Shown: positions 13,668 through 27,215, counted from the first letter of the stretch. The stretch is 64,000 bases of DNA from Malacoraja senta (GCA_038087875.1 CM075993.1:7750001-7814000); one strand, 5' to 3'. The notes: generated by a model not told the origin, from the letters alone. Program-made: numbers and translations.

Positions 13668-15802
13668 ATTGTCAGGGATAGACTGGCAAATTATACTTAA
13701 AGGATCGACAGTGGAGATGCAATGGTGAAGATTTAAAGACCGCATGGATGAACTCCAGAAATTGTTCATCCCTGTCTGGCGAAAAAAACAAAACTGGGAA
13801 GACGAGGCAGACGAGGGAAGTCGAGGATAGTGTTAAAGCCAAGGAAGAGGCATATAAATTGGTCAGAGGAAGCAGCAAACCAGAGGGCTGGGAGAAATTT
13901 AGAACTCAACAGAGGAGGAGACTATGGTTAATTGAGAGGGGGGGAAAAAAGCATGAAAGAAAGCTTGCGGGAATATAAATAGTTTCTACAGGTATGTAAA
14001 AAGGAAAAGATGAAGGAAGACGACTGTAGGTCCCTTACAGTCAGAGACAGTGAATTTATAATGGGGAAACAAGGAAATGACAGAACAGTTAATCGAGTAC
14101 TGTGGTTCTGTCTTCACTAAGGAAGACACAAACAATCTCCTGGAAATACTAGGGGACCGAGGATCTTGTGGGAGGGAGAAACTGAAGGGAATCCACATTA
14201 GTCAGGAAATGGCGTTTGGTAAACTGTTGGGACGGAAGGCAGATAAATCCCCAGGGCCCTGATGGACTGCATCCCAGAGTACTCAAGGAGGTGGCCCTAG
14301 AAATCGTAGATGCATTGCTGGATCATTTTCCAATGTTCTCTTGACTGGATCAGTTCCTGTGGACTGGAGGGTAGCCAATGTAACTCAATTTTTTAAGAAA
14401 GGAGGGAGAGAGAAAACGGGGAATTATAGACCAGTTAGCCTTACATGCGTAATGGGGAAGATGCTGGAGTCGATTATTAAAGATGTTATAGCAGCACATT
14501 TGGAAAGCAGTGACGGGATCGGTCAAAGTCAGCATGGATTTATGAAGGGGAAATCATGCTTGACTAATGTTTTGGAATTTTTTGAGGATGTGACAAGTAG
14601 AATGGATAAGGGAGAGCCAGTGGATGTGGTGCATCTGGACTGTCAAATAGCTTTTGACAAGGTCCCACACAAGAGATTAGTGTGCAAAATTAGAGCACAT
14701 GGTATTGGGGGTAGGGTATTGACATGGATAGAGAAACTGGTTGGCAGACAGGAAGCAAAGAGTAGGAATTAACAGGTCATTTTCAGAATGGCAGGCAGTG
14801 ACTAGTGGGGTGCTGTAAGGCTCGGTGCTGGGACCCCAGTTGTTTACAATATATATTAATGATTTTTTGACGAGGGAATTAAATGTAACATCTCTAAGTT
14901 TGTGGATGACACAAAGCTGGGTGGCAGTGTGAGCTGCGATGAGGATGCTATGAGCTGCAAGGTGACTTGAATAGGTTGGGCGAGTGGGCAGAAGCATGGT
15001 AGATACAGTATAATGTGGATAAATGTGAGGTTAATCCATTTTGGTGGCACGAATGGGAAGGCAGATTATTATCTGAATGGTGTCAGATTAGGAGAAGGGG
15101 AGGGTGCAACGAGACCTGGGTGTGCTTGTACATCAGTCACTGAAAGTAAGCATCCAGGTACAGCAGGCAGTGAAGAAAGCCAGTTGGCTTTCATTGCGAG
15201 AGAATTTGAGTTTCGGAGCAAGGAGGCCCTACTGCAGTTGTACAGGGCCCTGGTGAGACTGCACCTGGAGTATTGTATGCAATTTTGGTCTCCTAATTTG
15301 AGGAAGGACATTATTGCTTTTTGAGGGAGTGCAGCATAGGTTCACCAGTTAATTCCAGGGATGGCGGGACTGATGTATGATGAAAGAATAGTCGACTGGG
15401 CTCGTTGGAATTTAGAATGAGAGGGGATCTTATAGAAACATATCAAATTCTTAGAGGATTGTACAGGGTAGATGCAGGAAAAATGTTCCCGATGTTGTGG
15501 GAGTCCAGAACCAGGGGTCACAGTTTAAGAATAAGGGGTAGGCCATTTAAGACTGAGATGAGGAAAAATGTTTTCACCCAGAGTTGTGAATCAGTGGAAT
15601 TCTCTACCCCAGAAGGCAGTAGAGGCCAATTCACTGAATGTTTTCAGAAGAGAGTTAGATTTAGCTCTTAGGGCTAAAGGAATGAAGGGTAATGGGGAAA
15701 AATCCGAACGGGGTACTGATTTTGGATGATCAGCCATGATCATATTGAATGGCGGAGCTGGCTCGAAGGGCCGAATGGCCTATTCCTGCACCTATTTTCT
15801 AT
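13668..15802 (+). mobile_element. CR1 LINE (HER1-like), 5'-truncated, degenerate RT through 3'UTR
   Basis: Fragments VPVDWRVANVTQFFKKG..GNYRPVSLT, QHGFMKGKSCLTN, AFDKVPH, KFVDDTK, LYRALVRLHLEYC, MRGDLIETY; frameshifts and stops; CR1 tail ...GGCTCGAAGGGCCGAATGGCCTATTCCTGCACCTATTTTCTATG. Confidence 0.92.
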
Positions 15803-16228
15803 GAACCAGGGCTGCCCCCACTGAGCCCCCTTTGTTGTCAGTGCCCCCCCCCCCCCACCGCTGGGTCCCCCTTAGTTCTCAGGGGACCCCGACATGGTCT
15901 TCTTTGTGTAACGTGATGTAATTTGATCACCATGGCACCAAACTATGAATCATTGTTTATTTTTCTGCTGCATTGGTGGACAGGGAGTGTTTGCTCTCTC
16001 AGCCATTCAGCGTCAAAGTGTGCTGAATCCCAGTGGCCACACTCTCTCTTCATGAATCTTTGTGGATATACAGCAATGTACGCCCCTCGCGAGGGCAAAC
16101 CGTGCTCATGCGGTAACCTGCCCTATCCGTATACCCATCTAAATGTTTCGATAGTACCTGCCTCAATTACCTCCTCCGGCAGCTCATTCCATACACCCGC
16201 CACCCCTTGTGTCAAACGCCATGGTTAC

Positions 16229-16367
16229 CTGTACTCATCGCTCTGGCCACAGGGCACCCTCCCGAGGTTAGCTGTCGACAACACCCGCTGGACAACGGCA
16301 TGGTCACTCCGGCATTGCTCTGTGAGGGTCAGCTTCTCATTGATTTCATTCATCCCCATCAGTTTTC
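16229..16367 (-). CDS. AP3B2: AP3B2-like penultimate coding exon (139 nt)
   Basis: aag|GA...TAC AG|gtaacc; encodes (G)[45 protein letters not shown](R). Confidence 0.94.
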
Positions 16368-17883
16368 CTTTGAAGCGCGGCAGGAAGAACAAAGCAGCGT
16401 TAGGACAATGAGCATCAACATTTAACTCAAGTCTTCTCTCTCCCTCAACCGTACAGAGGTACTTGGTGGCCCAACAATAACACCAATGTGCCAGGCCCAC
16501 TCAAAACCGTACAGTCTCCCTGAATTCTTGCTCAATTTGGCCTCCATGTGTATCCATGGCAAGGGAGGGACTTCCCACAGTTTACACCAGTGAGTTCAGA
16601 AATACACTTACAAAAGAACATTTGAGACACGGGGAGATGGGAGATGGCCATAGTTTGAATCCTGGTGAGACCCAACTCTTGCCCAGATCTTTATGGGTCT
16701 TGAGTGATGGAGTCTCTTGTGTCCATTGGTAAGGTGGGGAAGGTTATCTTTGAGGACTTTCCTTCTAAAGGGTTCACCTGTCTCACCTGGGACGGAACAG
16801 TGTGTGAGATAACCTGCTTCCTCAATGATCCCTTTGAAGTTGCAGTGCTCACGTAGGACTCGGGTGTGTGAGTGCATGTGCCCTTCTCTGCCCCACACAC
16901 GCCTTTCCCAACATCCCCCCAGCAGTGACCTGGCTGTGATTTGATTAATTGTGGATTGGATTGGATGTTTCCACTGGTGGAGGACCAGAGGCTACAGCCC
17001 TCTGAATAAAAGCTTGTACCGTTAGAAAGAAGAGGAGGAATTTCTTTAGCCAGAGGGTGGTGAATCTGTGGAATTCATTGCCACAGACGGAGGTGGAGGC
17101 CAAGACATTGGGTATTTTTAAAGCGGAGATTGATAGGCTCTTGATTAGTAAGGGTGTTAAAAGTAGGCAGGTGCAGGGGGGTGAGAGAGAAAGATAGATC
17201 AGCCATGATCAAATGGCGGAGCAGACTCGATGGGCCGAATGGCCCAAATTCTGCTCCATTGTCTTATGGCCAATGCAGCAGGAATACATGCACCAGCCCG
17301 CAGCCTCTCTGCTTCGTACCACTCTGCCCAGTTGCTGCCACCTCTCTACCTCCCCTGGGGGTATACGAGGAAGGTGATCTAAAACAGAACACCACGGTGA
17401 TCTTTGCAATCTCCACGTTATCTGCAGACCAATACAACCCGCTGGAGAAACGTGTCCGAGGTTTGCAGCGTGGCCATGAATGCATTCAGCCGAGTCAAAC
17501 AGCACCACGGTCCTTAAGGACAGAGTCATAGTATCATGCAGCACCGAAACAGGCCCTTCGGCCCAACTTGCCCATGCCGACCAAGATGCCCCATCTACAC
17601 TGGTCCCATTTGGCCCACATCCCTCGAAACAGTTCCTATCCATCTACCTGTCCAAATGTCCCCTAAATGTAGTTATTGTACCTGCCTCAACTACCTGCGT
17701 TGGCAGCTCGTTCCATATTATCACCACCCTTTGTGTAGAGAAAATTGCCCACAGGTTCCTATCAAATCTTCCCCCTCTCAATGTAAATCTTTCCCCCCTA
17801 GTTCTTGATTCACCAACCCTGGGAAATACACTATATGCATGCACCTTATCTCTCCCACTCTTGATTTTATACATCTCTGCAAG

Positions 17884-18118
17884 TCTGAAGACGGGTTTCG
17901 ACCCGAAACGTCACCTATTCCTTTTCTCCAGAACCTGAAGGATCTTGACCCAAAACGTCACCTATTCCTTTTCTCCAGAACCTGAAGGATCTTGACCCGA
18001 AACGTCACCTATTCCTTTTCTCCAGAACCTGAAGGATCTTGACCCGAAACGTCACCTATTCCTGTTCTCCAGAGATGATGTCTGACCCGCTGAGTTACTC
18101 CAGTTTTGTGTCTATCTA
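17884..18118 (+). repeat. Four tandem ~46-50-bp copies of the hammerhead-like motif followed by the PLE-end tail
   Basis: CTGAAG(ACGGGTTTC/GATCTT)GACCCGAAACGTCACCTATTCCTTTTCTCCAGAAC repeated. Confidence 0.85.
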
Positions 18119-19261
18119 CAAAGATCATCTCTTGGCCTCCTGCGGTCCAAGGAATAATGTCCCAGCCTGCCCAACCTCTCCCTGTAAAGTAAGGCCCTCG
18201 AGTCCTGGCAGCATCCTTGTATTCTTAGTCTGCACTCATTTCAGCTACACGGCATCGAGCTGGGGGGGAGGGTGGGTGACCACACCTGAACACAATTCTC
18301 CAGGTATTGTTCAGTAGAGGTTGTGAATAATCTCAGCTCAGGCCAGTGCCAAGTTGAGAAATATTCACAGTCCCGGAATGGATTTAGAATAGTTCTTGGC
18401 CCATTTGGCAGTGGTGGTGGGATTGAAGTTAGCGGGTTGATAGTTGAAAGATGAGATAACAACACCACCACACACAGCCCCTTGAACCTGTGCATCATTC
18501 AGTGACATTATTGAGAATGGACACCAGCAGGCCTTCGGCCTCTCATGTCTGATCTACCATTCAATAAGACCATACGTTCATAAGGTATAGGAGCAGAATT
18601 AGGCCATTCAGACCAGCAAGTCTACTCCGCCATTCAATACATGGCTGATCTATCTTTCCCTCTCAGCCCCAATCTCCTGCCTTCTCCCGTAACCGTACTA
18701 ATCACAAATCCGTCAATCTCCGCCTTAAAATATCCGTGAATTGGCCTCTACATCTGCTTGTGGCAATGAATTCCACAAGTTGGCCACCGGCTGACTTAGG
18801 AAATTCCTCCTCATCTTCTTCCCAAAGGTATGTCCTTTTATTCTGAGGCCTCTGGTCCTGGACTCTCCCACTAGTGGAAACATCCACTCCTCATCCACTC
18901 TATCCAGGCCTTTCACTATTTGGTAAGTTTCAATGAGGTCCCCCTCATCTTCTAAACTCCAGCGAGTACATGCAAGGTGCTGTCAAATACCCATCATACG
19001 TTAACCCAATCATCCCCAGGATCATTCCCGCAAACCTCCTCTAGACCCCCTCTAATGCCAGTACATCCTTCTTCAGATACGGGGCCAGAAACTGCTCACC
19101 AAGGCTGATCTTGTCGCTCAGTAATCTTGTTCCTGCACAGTGGCCCCTATTTCCCTCAACATACACTGACCTTTCATTACAGGACAGTGCACAAATCCCA
19201 CCGGATTAGTTGTTCCCTCATTCCCAACTCCAGGATTCACAGAGAGAATAAACATTAACTC

Positions 19262-19293
19262 TGTGTGTGGTTCTTTGTGTGTGTGTCTATTTC

Positions 19294-19331
<38 letters not shown>

Positions 19332-19601
19332 GGGGGGGGGGTCTTTGTGGGTGTGTCTATGTGGTGTTTCTTTGTGTGTGTGTGTGTCTATGTTGGTTAC
19401 TTTGTGTGTGTGTGGGTTTCTTTGTGTGTGTGTGTCTATTTCTTTGTGTGTGTGTGTTTGTGTGTCTATGTATCGCTTTGTGTGTGTGTGTGTGGGGGGG
19501 TTCTTTGTGTGTGTCTATGTTGGTTTCTTTGTGTGTGTGTCTATGTTGGTTACTTTGTGTGTGTGTGTGTGTGTGTGTGCGTGTGTGTGTGTGTGTGTGT
19601 G
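19262..19601. repeat. Compound (TG)n microsatellite
   Basis: TG runs punctuated by TCTAT/TTCTT motifs. Confidence 0.95.
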
Positions 19602-20337
19602 ATGGAGTACTCTGGAAGGAGGAATCTCCTTGCTCTCTGGTTTTCCGGTGAACATTGTGCCGGGGGTAGCGTCTTCAAGCCTGGGGAAAGGGAGCAGCCA
19701 AGCACGCATGCACCATTTCCCTCACCTCGATACATGCGCAAGCCGATGCAATGCTTCTGTAACGTGGTATGCCGCATCCAATAGTTCCCTACACCAGCTG
19801 GGGAAAGGGAGGGATGTTTGCCCAAAGACCACTGGGGTAAGAGAACACTCCTGGGCAGAGTATGGACTCCTCTAGGACCATAACGCACAGACATTACAGA
19901 CAAACATAGCGGCAGTGTGAGGAGGATGTCACATCCACGGGGAGACACACCGAGCCTTGCCGGGCAGCTACTTACCGGTGCTGGTGTTTAACAGCTGTTC
20001 TACGAGAGCAAGAGGGGGAAACAAAGTGCAATGAGGTAAGAGGAACCGAGTTAGTGTGACAGCTCCCTGACCTGAGCTTTCAGCTGGGTCCCTGCCGTGC
20101 TTGGGGAGGGTGGCTTTTACCTCAGTGTCTACGGAGTCCCAGATCCAGGGACTGACTTCTATACCCCTCACTCCCCACTGGGAACGGTAGATGTGCCAAG
20201 CCCCCAACTACTTCAGAGACAGTTTCTTCCCAGCTGTTATCAGGCAACTGAACCATCCTACCAACAACAAGAAGGCAGTCCTGAGCTACTATCTACCTCA
20301 TTGGAGACCCTCAAACTCTCTTTTGATTGGACTTTTG

Positions 20338-21078
20338 TTTAAGAAGGAACTGCAGATGCTGGAAAATCGGAAGGTAGACAAAAGTGCTGGAGAAACTCAG
20401 CGGGTGCAGCAGCATCTATGGAGCGAAGGAAATAGGCAACGTTTCGGGCCGAAACCCTTCTTCAGACTGATGTGGGGTGGGGAGAAGAAAGGAGAAAGGA
20501 AGAGGAGCCCGAGTGCTGAGGGGGAGCTGAGAAGGGGAGGAGACAGCAAGGGCTACCGTAAATTGGAGAAGTCAATGTTTATGCCACTAGGGTGCAAACG
20601 CCCAAGCGAAATATGAGGGTGCTGCTCCTCCAATTTCCGAACACCTCCGCTCGGTCCGCATTAAACAACCTGATCTCCCGGTGGCTCAGCACTTCAACTC
20701 CCCCTCCCATTCCGAATCTGACCTTTCTGTCCTGGGCCTCCTCCACGGCCAGAGTGAGCACCACCGGAAATTGGAGGAGCAGCACCTCATATTCCGCTTG
20801 GGGCAGTCTGCACCCTAGCGGCATAAACATTGAATTCTCTAATTTCCGGTAGCCCTTGCTGTCTCCTCCCTTCTCAGCTCCACCTCAGCCCTCGGGCTCC
20901 TCCTCTTCCTTTCTCCTTTCTTCTCCCCCCCACCCCCCACCCTACATCAGTCTGAAGAAGGGTTTCGACCCGAAACGTTGCCCATTTCCTTCGCTCCATA
21001 GATGCTGCTGCACCCGCTGAGTTTCTCCAGCATTTTTGTCTACCTTCGATTTTCCAGCATCTGCAGTTCCTTCTTAAA
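20338..21078 (+). mobile_element. PLE 3' end (GIY-YIG endonuclease C-terminus + 3'UTR + hammerhead-motif end) with long inverted duplication
   Basis: EHLRSVRIKQPDLPVAQHFNSPSH...EEQHLIFRLGSLHPSGINIEFSNFR* near 20639-20852; 20338-~20637 is the reverse complement of ~20765-21078. Confidence 0.88.
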
Positions 21079-21554
21079 CCTTTGGTTTTACTTGTTCTGT
21101 TTTCAGGAAGGAGGCTTCACTGGCAATGCCAAAAATAATTACCCACCCCTATTCGCCCACGGCAAAGTTTGTGCCCAGCTGCCTTCTCGAACCGCTGCAG
21201 TCCCCCTGGTGAAGGTGCTCTCACGGTGCTGTCAGGGGGGGGGGGCAGCTCCAGGATTTAGACCCAGTGGTGACATGACTGGGAGTGAGGGGACAGGGTA
21301 GGGTTTATCCTGAGCTGTCCCCTACTCCATGTTAGTGTGGGACAGGTTAGGAGCATCTAAATACTGGCATTCACGCTTTGAAACGCAGGGGTCTAGCAGG
21401 TAGGAGAGCCCATCCTAGTGATTGTTTTCAGGAGTCACGAGGAACTGCAGTTGCTGGAATCCTGAGCCAAACACAAAGTGCTGGAGTAACTCAGCAGATT
21501 TTAAAGAAAAAGACAAGTTCTGCCAGGCAGAGGAGAGCGAGGGGAAATTATTGT

Positions 21555-21848
21555 GGTGACGCAGTGGTAAACCTGCTGCCTTACAGCGCCAGGCACCAGG
21601 TTCCATCCTGACTACGGGTGCTGTCTGTACGGAGTTTGTATGTTCTCCCTGTAACCGCGTGGGTTTTCTCCGGTTTCCTCCCACACTCCAAAACGTACAG
21701 GTTTGTAGGGTTAATTGGCTTTGATAAAAATTGTAAATTGTCCATAGTGTTAGATAGTGCTAGTGCATGGGGTGATCGCTGGACAGCATGGACTCGGTGG
21801 GCCAAAGGGCCTGTTTCCACACTGTATCTCTGCAGTCTAAAGGCTAAA
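21555..21848 (+). mobile_element. tRNA-derived SINE (HE1-like)
   Basis: Same family consensus. Confidence 0.85.
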
Positions 21849-23261
21849 AGTAAAGATTGGGTCTCTGTTGAATGAAGAGAACCAGGGGGTTAATAAGACA
21901 AGGAGGGTCCTGATTGGAAAATGTCATATGCCTATTCCTTCCACACCCGCTGAGTTCCTCCAACACTTTGAGTTTTGCTATTTTTTCTTGTTGGTTAATT
22001 CCTAGGATGTAAGTATTAATGTCAAGGCTAGTCTCCATTGCACATTAAAATCTCCCCTCACTATCACCAGGTGTGTCGGTCACACTGGCCTGAGATTCGA
22101 ATCCTGTCCAGTCCAAAGTTATAGTAGATACAAGGATCTGCAGGTGCTGGAACCTGGAACAAAAAAACACTAAGTGCTTGGAGTAACTCAATGGGTCAGG
22201 CAGCATCTCTGGTGAACAAGGTGACGTTTTGGGTTGGGACCCTTCTTCAGGACTGAATATAGTAGGGGGATGGGAGAAAGTTGGAATGAGGAAAGTGTGG
22301 GACAAAGTGGGGTAAGTGATAGGTGGATACAAGTGAGGGAGTTAATTGGCGGATGGGTGGACAAAGGCCAAGATGAAAAGGAGAGGAAAAGCTGTGAGAT
22401 GAGGAGAGAAGGAACGTGAAATGTTGGGTTTTTATGCTTGCTCCCCCACTATAGCGATCATCTGAAGAAGGGTCCTGACTTGAAACGTTGCCTATCCAAG
22501 GCCTCAGGCTACCTGACCTCTGCGTTACTCCAGCACTTTGTGCCTCTTCTTTTGTAAACCAGCATCTGCAGTTCCTTGTGTCGACGGAATACTGACTGGC
22601 TGGTTTATGTTGGGTGAAAGGGGTTCCACCCAAGGGGGACATTCGCAAGCAGCGAGGAGATTCCCCTGTGTGTTACCAGGCTGGGGAGCGGCAATTACAA
22701 TCAGTGTGGTGCATCCGGAACTCAGGCAAGGCCAGCATTCCCACTGCACACAGACACTGACTTGCTCCGTCCTGGGGGTGGAGTTGGATTCATGGGAGGT
22801 GGTCTTTGAGGGGAAACAATGGAGCATCCTGGACAATGCAGCTCACCCCTCCATGACACACTGGTCAACCTGAAGAGCACCCTTCAGCAACAGACTGGTT
22901 CCACCAAGATGCAGGACAGAACGCCACAGGAGATCCTTCTTCCCTGTGGCTATCAAACTGTACAACTCCTCCCCCTTCTGTCGTGGGGTAGACTGAGACT
23001 GACTCCCTCCCCAATCTTTGCACATCCCCAATCCTCTCCACTCGTCACTTTAATTTCATGTTTCATGTATCTTGTGTTTTATGGCTGTTGGCTGATCAAT
23101 TTCCTTCCTGGATAAATAAAGTTCTATCGTATCGTATTGAGAGGTAACAGTGGATGCGATGATGGCCGGTTGCCCCGTGACCACTGGTCCAGCACGGCCA
23201 TCGGTGTAAGTGGGAGCTGGGCCGGAGGGAGTCCACTCTACAAACTGCCGCGAGTAGTGTT

Positions 23262-23460
23262 GACCCCACCAAGCCTCTCCTGCTCAGATTGGCCGGCTGT
23301 TGCCGGGTAGACCCCACCAGCCCTCTCCTGCTCAGATTGGCCGGTTTTGTTGCCGGGTAGACCCCGCCAGGCCTCTCCTGCTCAGATTGGCCGGTTGTTG
23401 CCGGGTAGACCCCGCCAGGCCTCTCCTGCTCAGATTGGCCGGATGTTGCCGGGTAGACTC
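23262..23460. repeat. 48-50-bp minisatellite (~4 units) abutting an AP3B2-like splice donor
   Basis: CCGGGTAGAC at 23303, 23353, 23401, 23449. Confidence 0.9.
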
Positions 23461-23464
23461 TCAC

Positions 23465-23562
23465 CTTGCTCTTTCTTGAAGGAGTTCTCGGTCATGAAGA
23501 TGGGCATCATCAGCTCCCCCACTGGCGGCTGGATGGACATGTAGAACTGCCGGGTCTGTGAG
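23465..23562 (-). CDS. AP3B2: AP3B2-like coding exon, third from last (98 nt)
   Basis: cag|C...CAA G|gtgaga; encodes [32 protein letters not shown](G). Confidence 0.94.
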
Positions 23563-25585
23563 CTGCAAGAACCGGGGGGCACGGTCAGAGTAGGCCCACC
23601 CATCACCTGGAGACACCCACCGTGACCGGGAGAACCGGGGGAGATAACCGCCGTGACAGGAACACCAGGGGGGAGACACGGCGCCGAGAGAACTGGGTGA
23701 GACACCACACACCAGGAGTTGACGCCACGCTGGGAGAACACGCCCGCTGCACCGGGCATGGTCCTCATCGCACTCCCGCCCGCAATCCTCACTCTGCCCC
23801 CGTCCCTCCGCCCAGAGCTGTGCAACCCAGCACACTCTGCCCCAAACCCCCCCCACCTGCCCACCCCCTTCCCCAACCCCCCCACCTGCCCGCCCCCCCT
23901 CCCCAAACTCCCACAACCCCCCTATGCCCAGGAGACCCACTCCCACAACCTATCACCCCAAGCTGCCCACCCCCTTCCCCAACCCCCCCCCCACATGTTC
24001 GCACCCCTCCCCAAACCCCCCCCCATCATGCCCGCCCCCTTCCCCAAACACCCCCCCCCCAAAGCCCAGGAGTCCCACTCCACACCCTATCACCCCCCAC
24101 CCCCTCAACCTCCCCACCCACCCCGTTCTCTGCCCCACATCTCCCACCCCCCACCCTGCAGCCCCCCGCCCCTCCTCCCAACACCGATGCAACACAGGTG
24201 CCCACATTTGTCCCAAATCCCTCCAAACGTATCCTGTCCATGTGCTGGTCCAAATGTCTTTTAAATGTGTAGGAGGAACTGCAGATGCTGGTTTAAACCA
24301 AAGATAGACACACAAAAAAAAAAGATGGAATAACTCAGTGGATCAGGCAGCATCTCTGTCAGCGTCACCTATCCCTTTCCTCCAGAGCGAAGGAAATAGG
24401 CAATAGCAAATAGGAAATAGGAAATAGGCAACGTTTCGGGCCGAAACCTTGGGTTTCGGCCCGAAACGTTGCCTATTTCCTTCGCTCCATAGATGCTGCT
24501 GCACCCGCTGAGTTTCTCCAGCACTTTTGTCTACCTTTAAGCTTATGTCCACTGGATTTTGGTTCCTCTACCCTGTCAATTCCCCTCATGATATTATACA
24601 CCTCTATAAGATCACCCCTCAGCCTCCGTGCTCCATGAAATAATGTCCTAGCCTTCCCAACCTCTCCCTATAGCTCAGGCCCTCGACTCCAGGCAACATC
24701 CTCGTTAATCTCTGTACTCTTTCCAGCTTAACGACATCCTTCCTGTAGCAAGGTGATGAATACCGAATACAATACTCCAAATGCGGCCTCATCAGTATCT
24801 TGGTTTAAAGAATCATTGGGCAAATTCCCATTCAATGCAGTCTTTAACTTTCTCTGCTGCTTCCATCTATGTTGTTCCAATAGACAATGGACATAGGTGC
24901 AGGAGTAGGCCATTCAGCCCTGAGCTGGAGAGCCAAGACAAGTTTGCTTTCCCCTTTGACTATTCCTCAGTGGGATCTCCGCAGAGACAGACATGGGTCT
25001 CACAGACCACAACTGGCATGCAATACTCCAAATCCACCTAATCAATGTGAAGAGAGACACAAAAAGTTGGAATAACAATAGACGATAGGTGCAGGAGTAG
25101 GCCATTCGGACCTTTGAGCCAGCACCACCATTCACTGTGATCATGGCTGATCATCCCCAATCAGTACCCCTTTCCTGCCTACCCCCCCATATCCCTTGAT
25201 TCCGCTATCTTTAAGAGCTCTATCCAGACACAGAATGCTGGAGTAACTCAGCAGGACAGGCAGCATATCTGGAGAGAAGGAATGGGTGACGTTTCGGGTT
25301 GAGACCCTTCTTCAGACTGATGCTGCCTGACCCGCTGAGTTACCTGTGCCAGTTTCTGTGCCTATATTCAGTTTAAACCAGCATCTGCAGTTCCTTCCTA
25401 CAACATTCTATGAAGCTATAACATCAATGCCCCGGCATTGTTTAGACTGAGGGGAAGGCGTATAAAGGGGATCCTGAAGGCTACGTTTTATTTTTACACA
25501 CACACACTTCGAGCGATTGACTATTCCTCGCTGACAGCTGTGCAGGGAGACAGATGTGCGGCCCAGGGACCTCACCGCCACTCAC

Positions 25586-25670
25586 CACAGCTGGAAGTTG
25601 GCTGCCTGTGTGGAATCGCAGAAGTCAATGCCCATGGTCTCCGAGGCAACGTCACCGGGCTGCAGGACGT
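25586..25670 (-). CDS. AP3B2: AP3B2-like coding exon, fourth from last (85 nt)
   Basis: cag|AC...TG|gtgagt; encodes (D)VLQPGDVASETMGIDFCDSTQAANFQL(C); phases fit both neighbouring exons. Confidence 0.93.
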
Positions 25671-26325
25671 CTGTGGACGTGGACAAGAGGGAAAATATCT
25701 CCTTAGAAAAGACCATCCAGGAAGACGGAGAATTGCATCTTTGCAACACCTCACCACCTCAGCACATTAGTGGTTTACAACCCATGGTGTATTTTGGACA
25801 ATGCAGCCGCAAGGTGCCTGGAAGGCAATGCCGTGGAATCCCAATCAATGTTTCTGGGAAGATGATTTGAAGGATGAGCGCGGCACAGTGGCGCAGCGGT
25901 AGAGTTGCTGCCATACATCGCCAAAGACACAGGTTCAATTCTGACTACGAGTGCTGTCTGTACGGAGTTTGCACGTTCTCCCTGCTGCAAAAAAAATGCT
26001 GCAAACCCTTTCTCGTTTATTGTGCCGTGAAACAGTCTCCTGTCTCCCCCCCCCACTCACTCTCCCACCCGCCCCTCACTCTCTCTCCCACCCGGCCCCT
26101 CCTCCACTCACTCTCCCGAGGTGGAGTGTGGGGTGTAGACTGGCTGAGAGTCCCACTGATTCCTCCCACATTCCCATCAACCCCCTCCCCCCTCCCCGCT
26201 CCCCTCAGCCACACACCAGGGGCCATTCCCAGCGGCCCACCAACCACGCAAGATATTGACTCCCTTTCCCTCCCCTGAAGGTTCCCAGGTGGAGGGGAAG
26301 CTGAGTGGCGTTCCCGCTTGCTTAC

Positions 26326-26557
26326 CGATCTCCTTGAATCCCTGCATCTTCATCCCGGAGTGCAGCTTGGGCTCGTTGACGTGGAGGTGGCGGATGTCCA
26401 TGTCGGAGTTGTTGGTGAACTGCATCTGCACGGAGACCATGGCTTGGTCGGGGCTGAAGGGGCGGCGGTTGAAGTGGTAGCGCACCGACAGCCCCTCGCC
26501 CGTCAGGCGGTGCAGCAACTCGTAGGTCTTCACGCGGCCCAGCGACGGACTCGACAT
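26326..26557 (-). CDS. AP3B2: AP3B2-like coding exon, fifth from last (appendage/ear domain start)
   Basis: cag|ATG...ATC G|gtaagc; encodes MSSPSLGRVKTYELLHRLTGEGLSVRYHFNRRPFSPDQAMVSVQMQFTNNSD...MQGFKEI, homologous to AP3B ear ELLHRxxGEGL...VSV. Confidence 0.92.
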
Positions 26558-26859
26558 CTGCAGCGGGAAACAAGGAACGCTGGGTAAAGCTCCCACCCCC
26601 GTTGGACATGGAATGGAGTCACTGCAGAAATCGGGCGTGGATTGCAAGGGCCCGTCGGGCGGTGAACCGGGGTAACGCCACCTTTAGCTGGGCTGCAGGA
26701 GGTTGTCCCCGGAACACAAGATGTCCGACGAGAAAAAAGGCGTCCCTGGTAGCCAGGGTCGGAGGGCAAGGAGCACCGCCATTCCCCTAGGGTCCGTCGG
26801 GGGAGGAGCAGCTCTGCTGTCAGCGACCAAAGAACTGGCGATGGGATCTAGGGACCAAA

Positions 26860-27090
26860 GATGTCCTGGTTGGGTTGCTCCTAGGCCTGGCCAAGCTGGC
26901 CATCCACGAGTCAAGGCGCCAGGTGGAAGAGGGTTGTATCCAAGCCAGATGCTTGCCCCTTTACCGGAGTTACGTCCGCGCCCGGGTGGTGTTAGAGAGG
27001 GACATCGTTGTATCGTAGTTATTTAGTCTATTTGCATCATAGTTGTTTGGAAATTTAGTGTCTGAATAATTTTATAATGTGGTGGTGGGT
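26860..27090 (+). mobile_element. Tx1/L1-clade LINE ORF2 3' fragment
   Basis: Reads GLLLGLAKLAIHESRRQ...YRSYVRARVVLER, resembling Tx1 C-termini; followed by AT-rich 3'UTR. Confidence 0.6.
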
Positions 27091-27116
27091 GTGTCACCAC
27101 AGCCTTGTTTTGTATC

Positions 27117-27215
27117 CAGGGCTCGAAATTAGAGGTTGCCCGGGTGCCACTGACCACTCAAAGCGCCGCCGGGCAACCTAAACACCGAGTCATTTTGCCC
27201 GGCTTGGCAACCAGA
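27117..27215 (+). mobile_element. hAT-like DNA transposon terminus
   Basis: CAGGGCTCGAAATT start with internal GTTGCCCGG/CCGGGCAAC inverted motifs; partner end not identified. Confidence 0.45.

Noticed and set aside
17500-17523. Split RE1-like motif CAGCACC-N11-GGACAG
   Set aside because: Atypical spacer, abuts a CR1 tail; likely chance.
19263-19784. Cys/Val-rich ORFs
   Set aside because: Translation of a (TG)n microsatellite.
23622-24315. Pro- or Gly-rich ORFs
   Set aside because: Low-complexity C-rich intron sequence.
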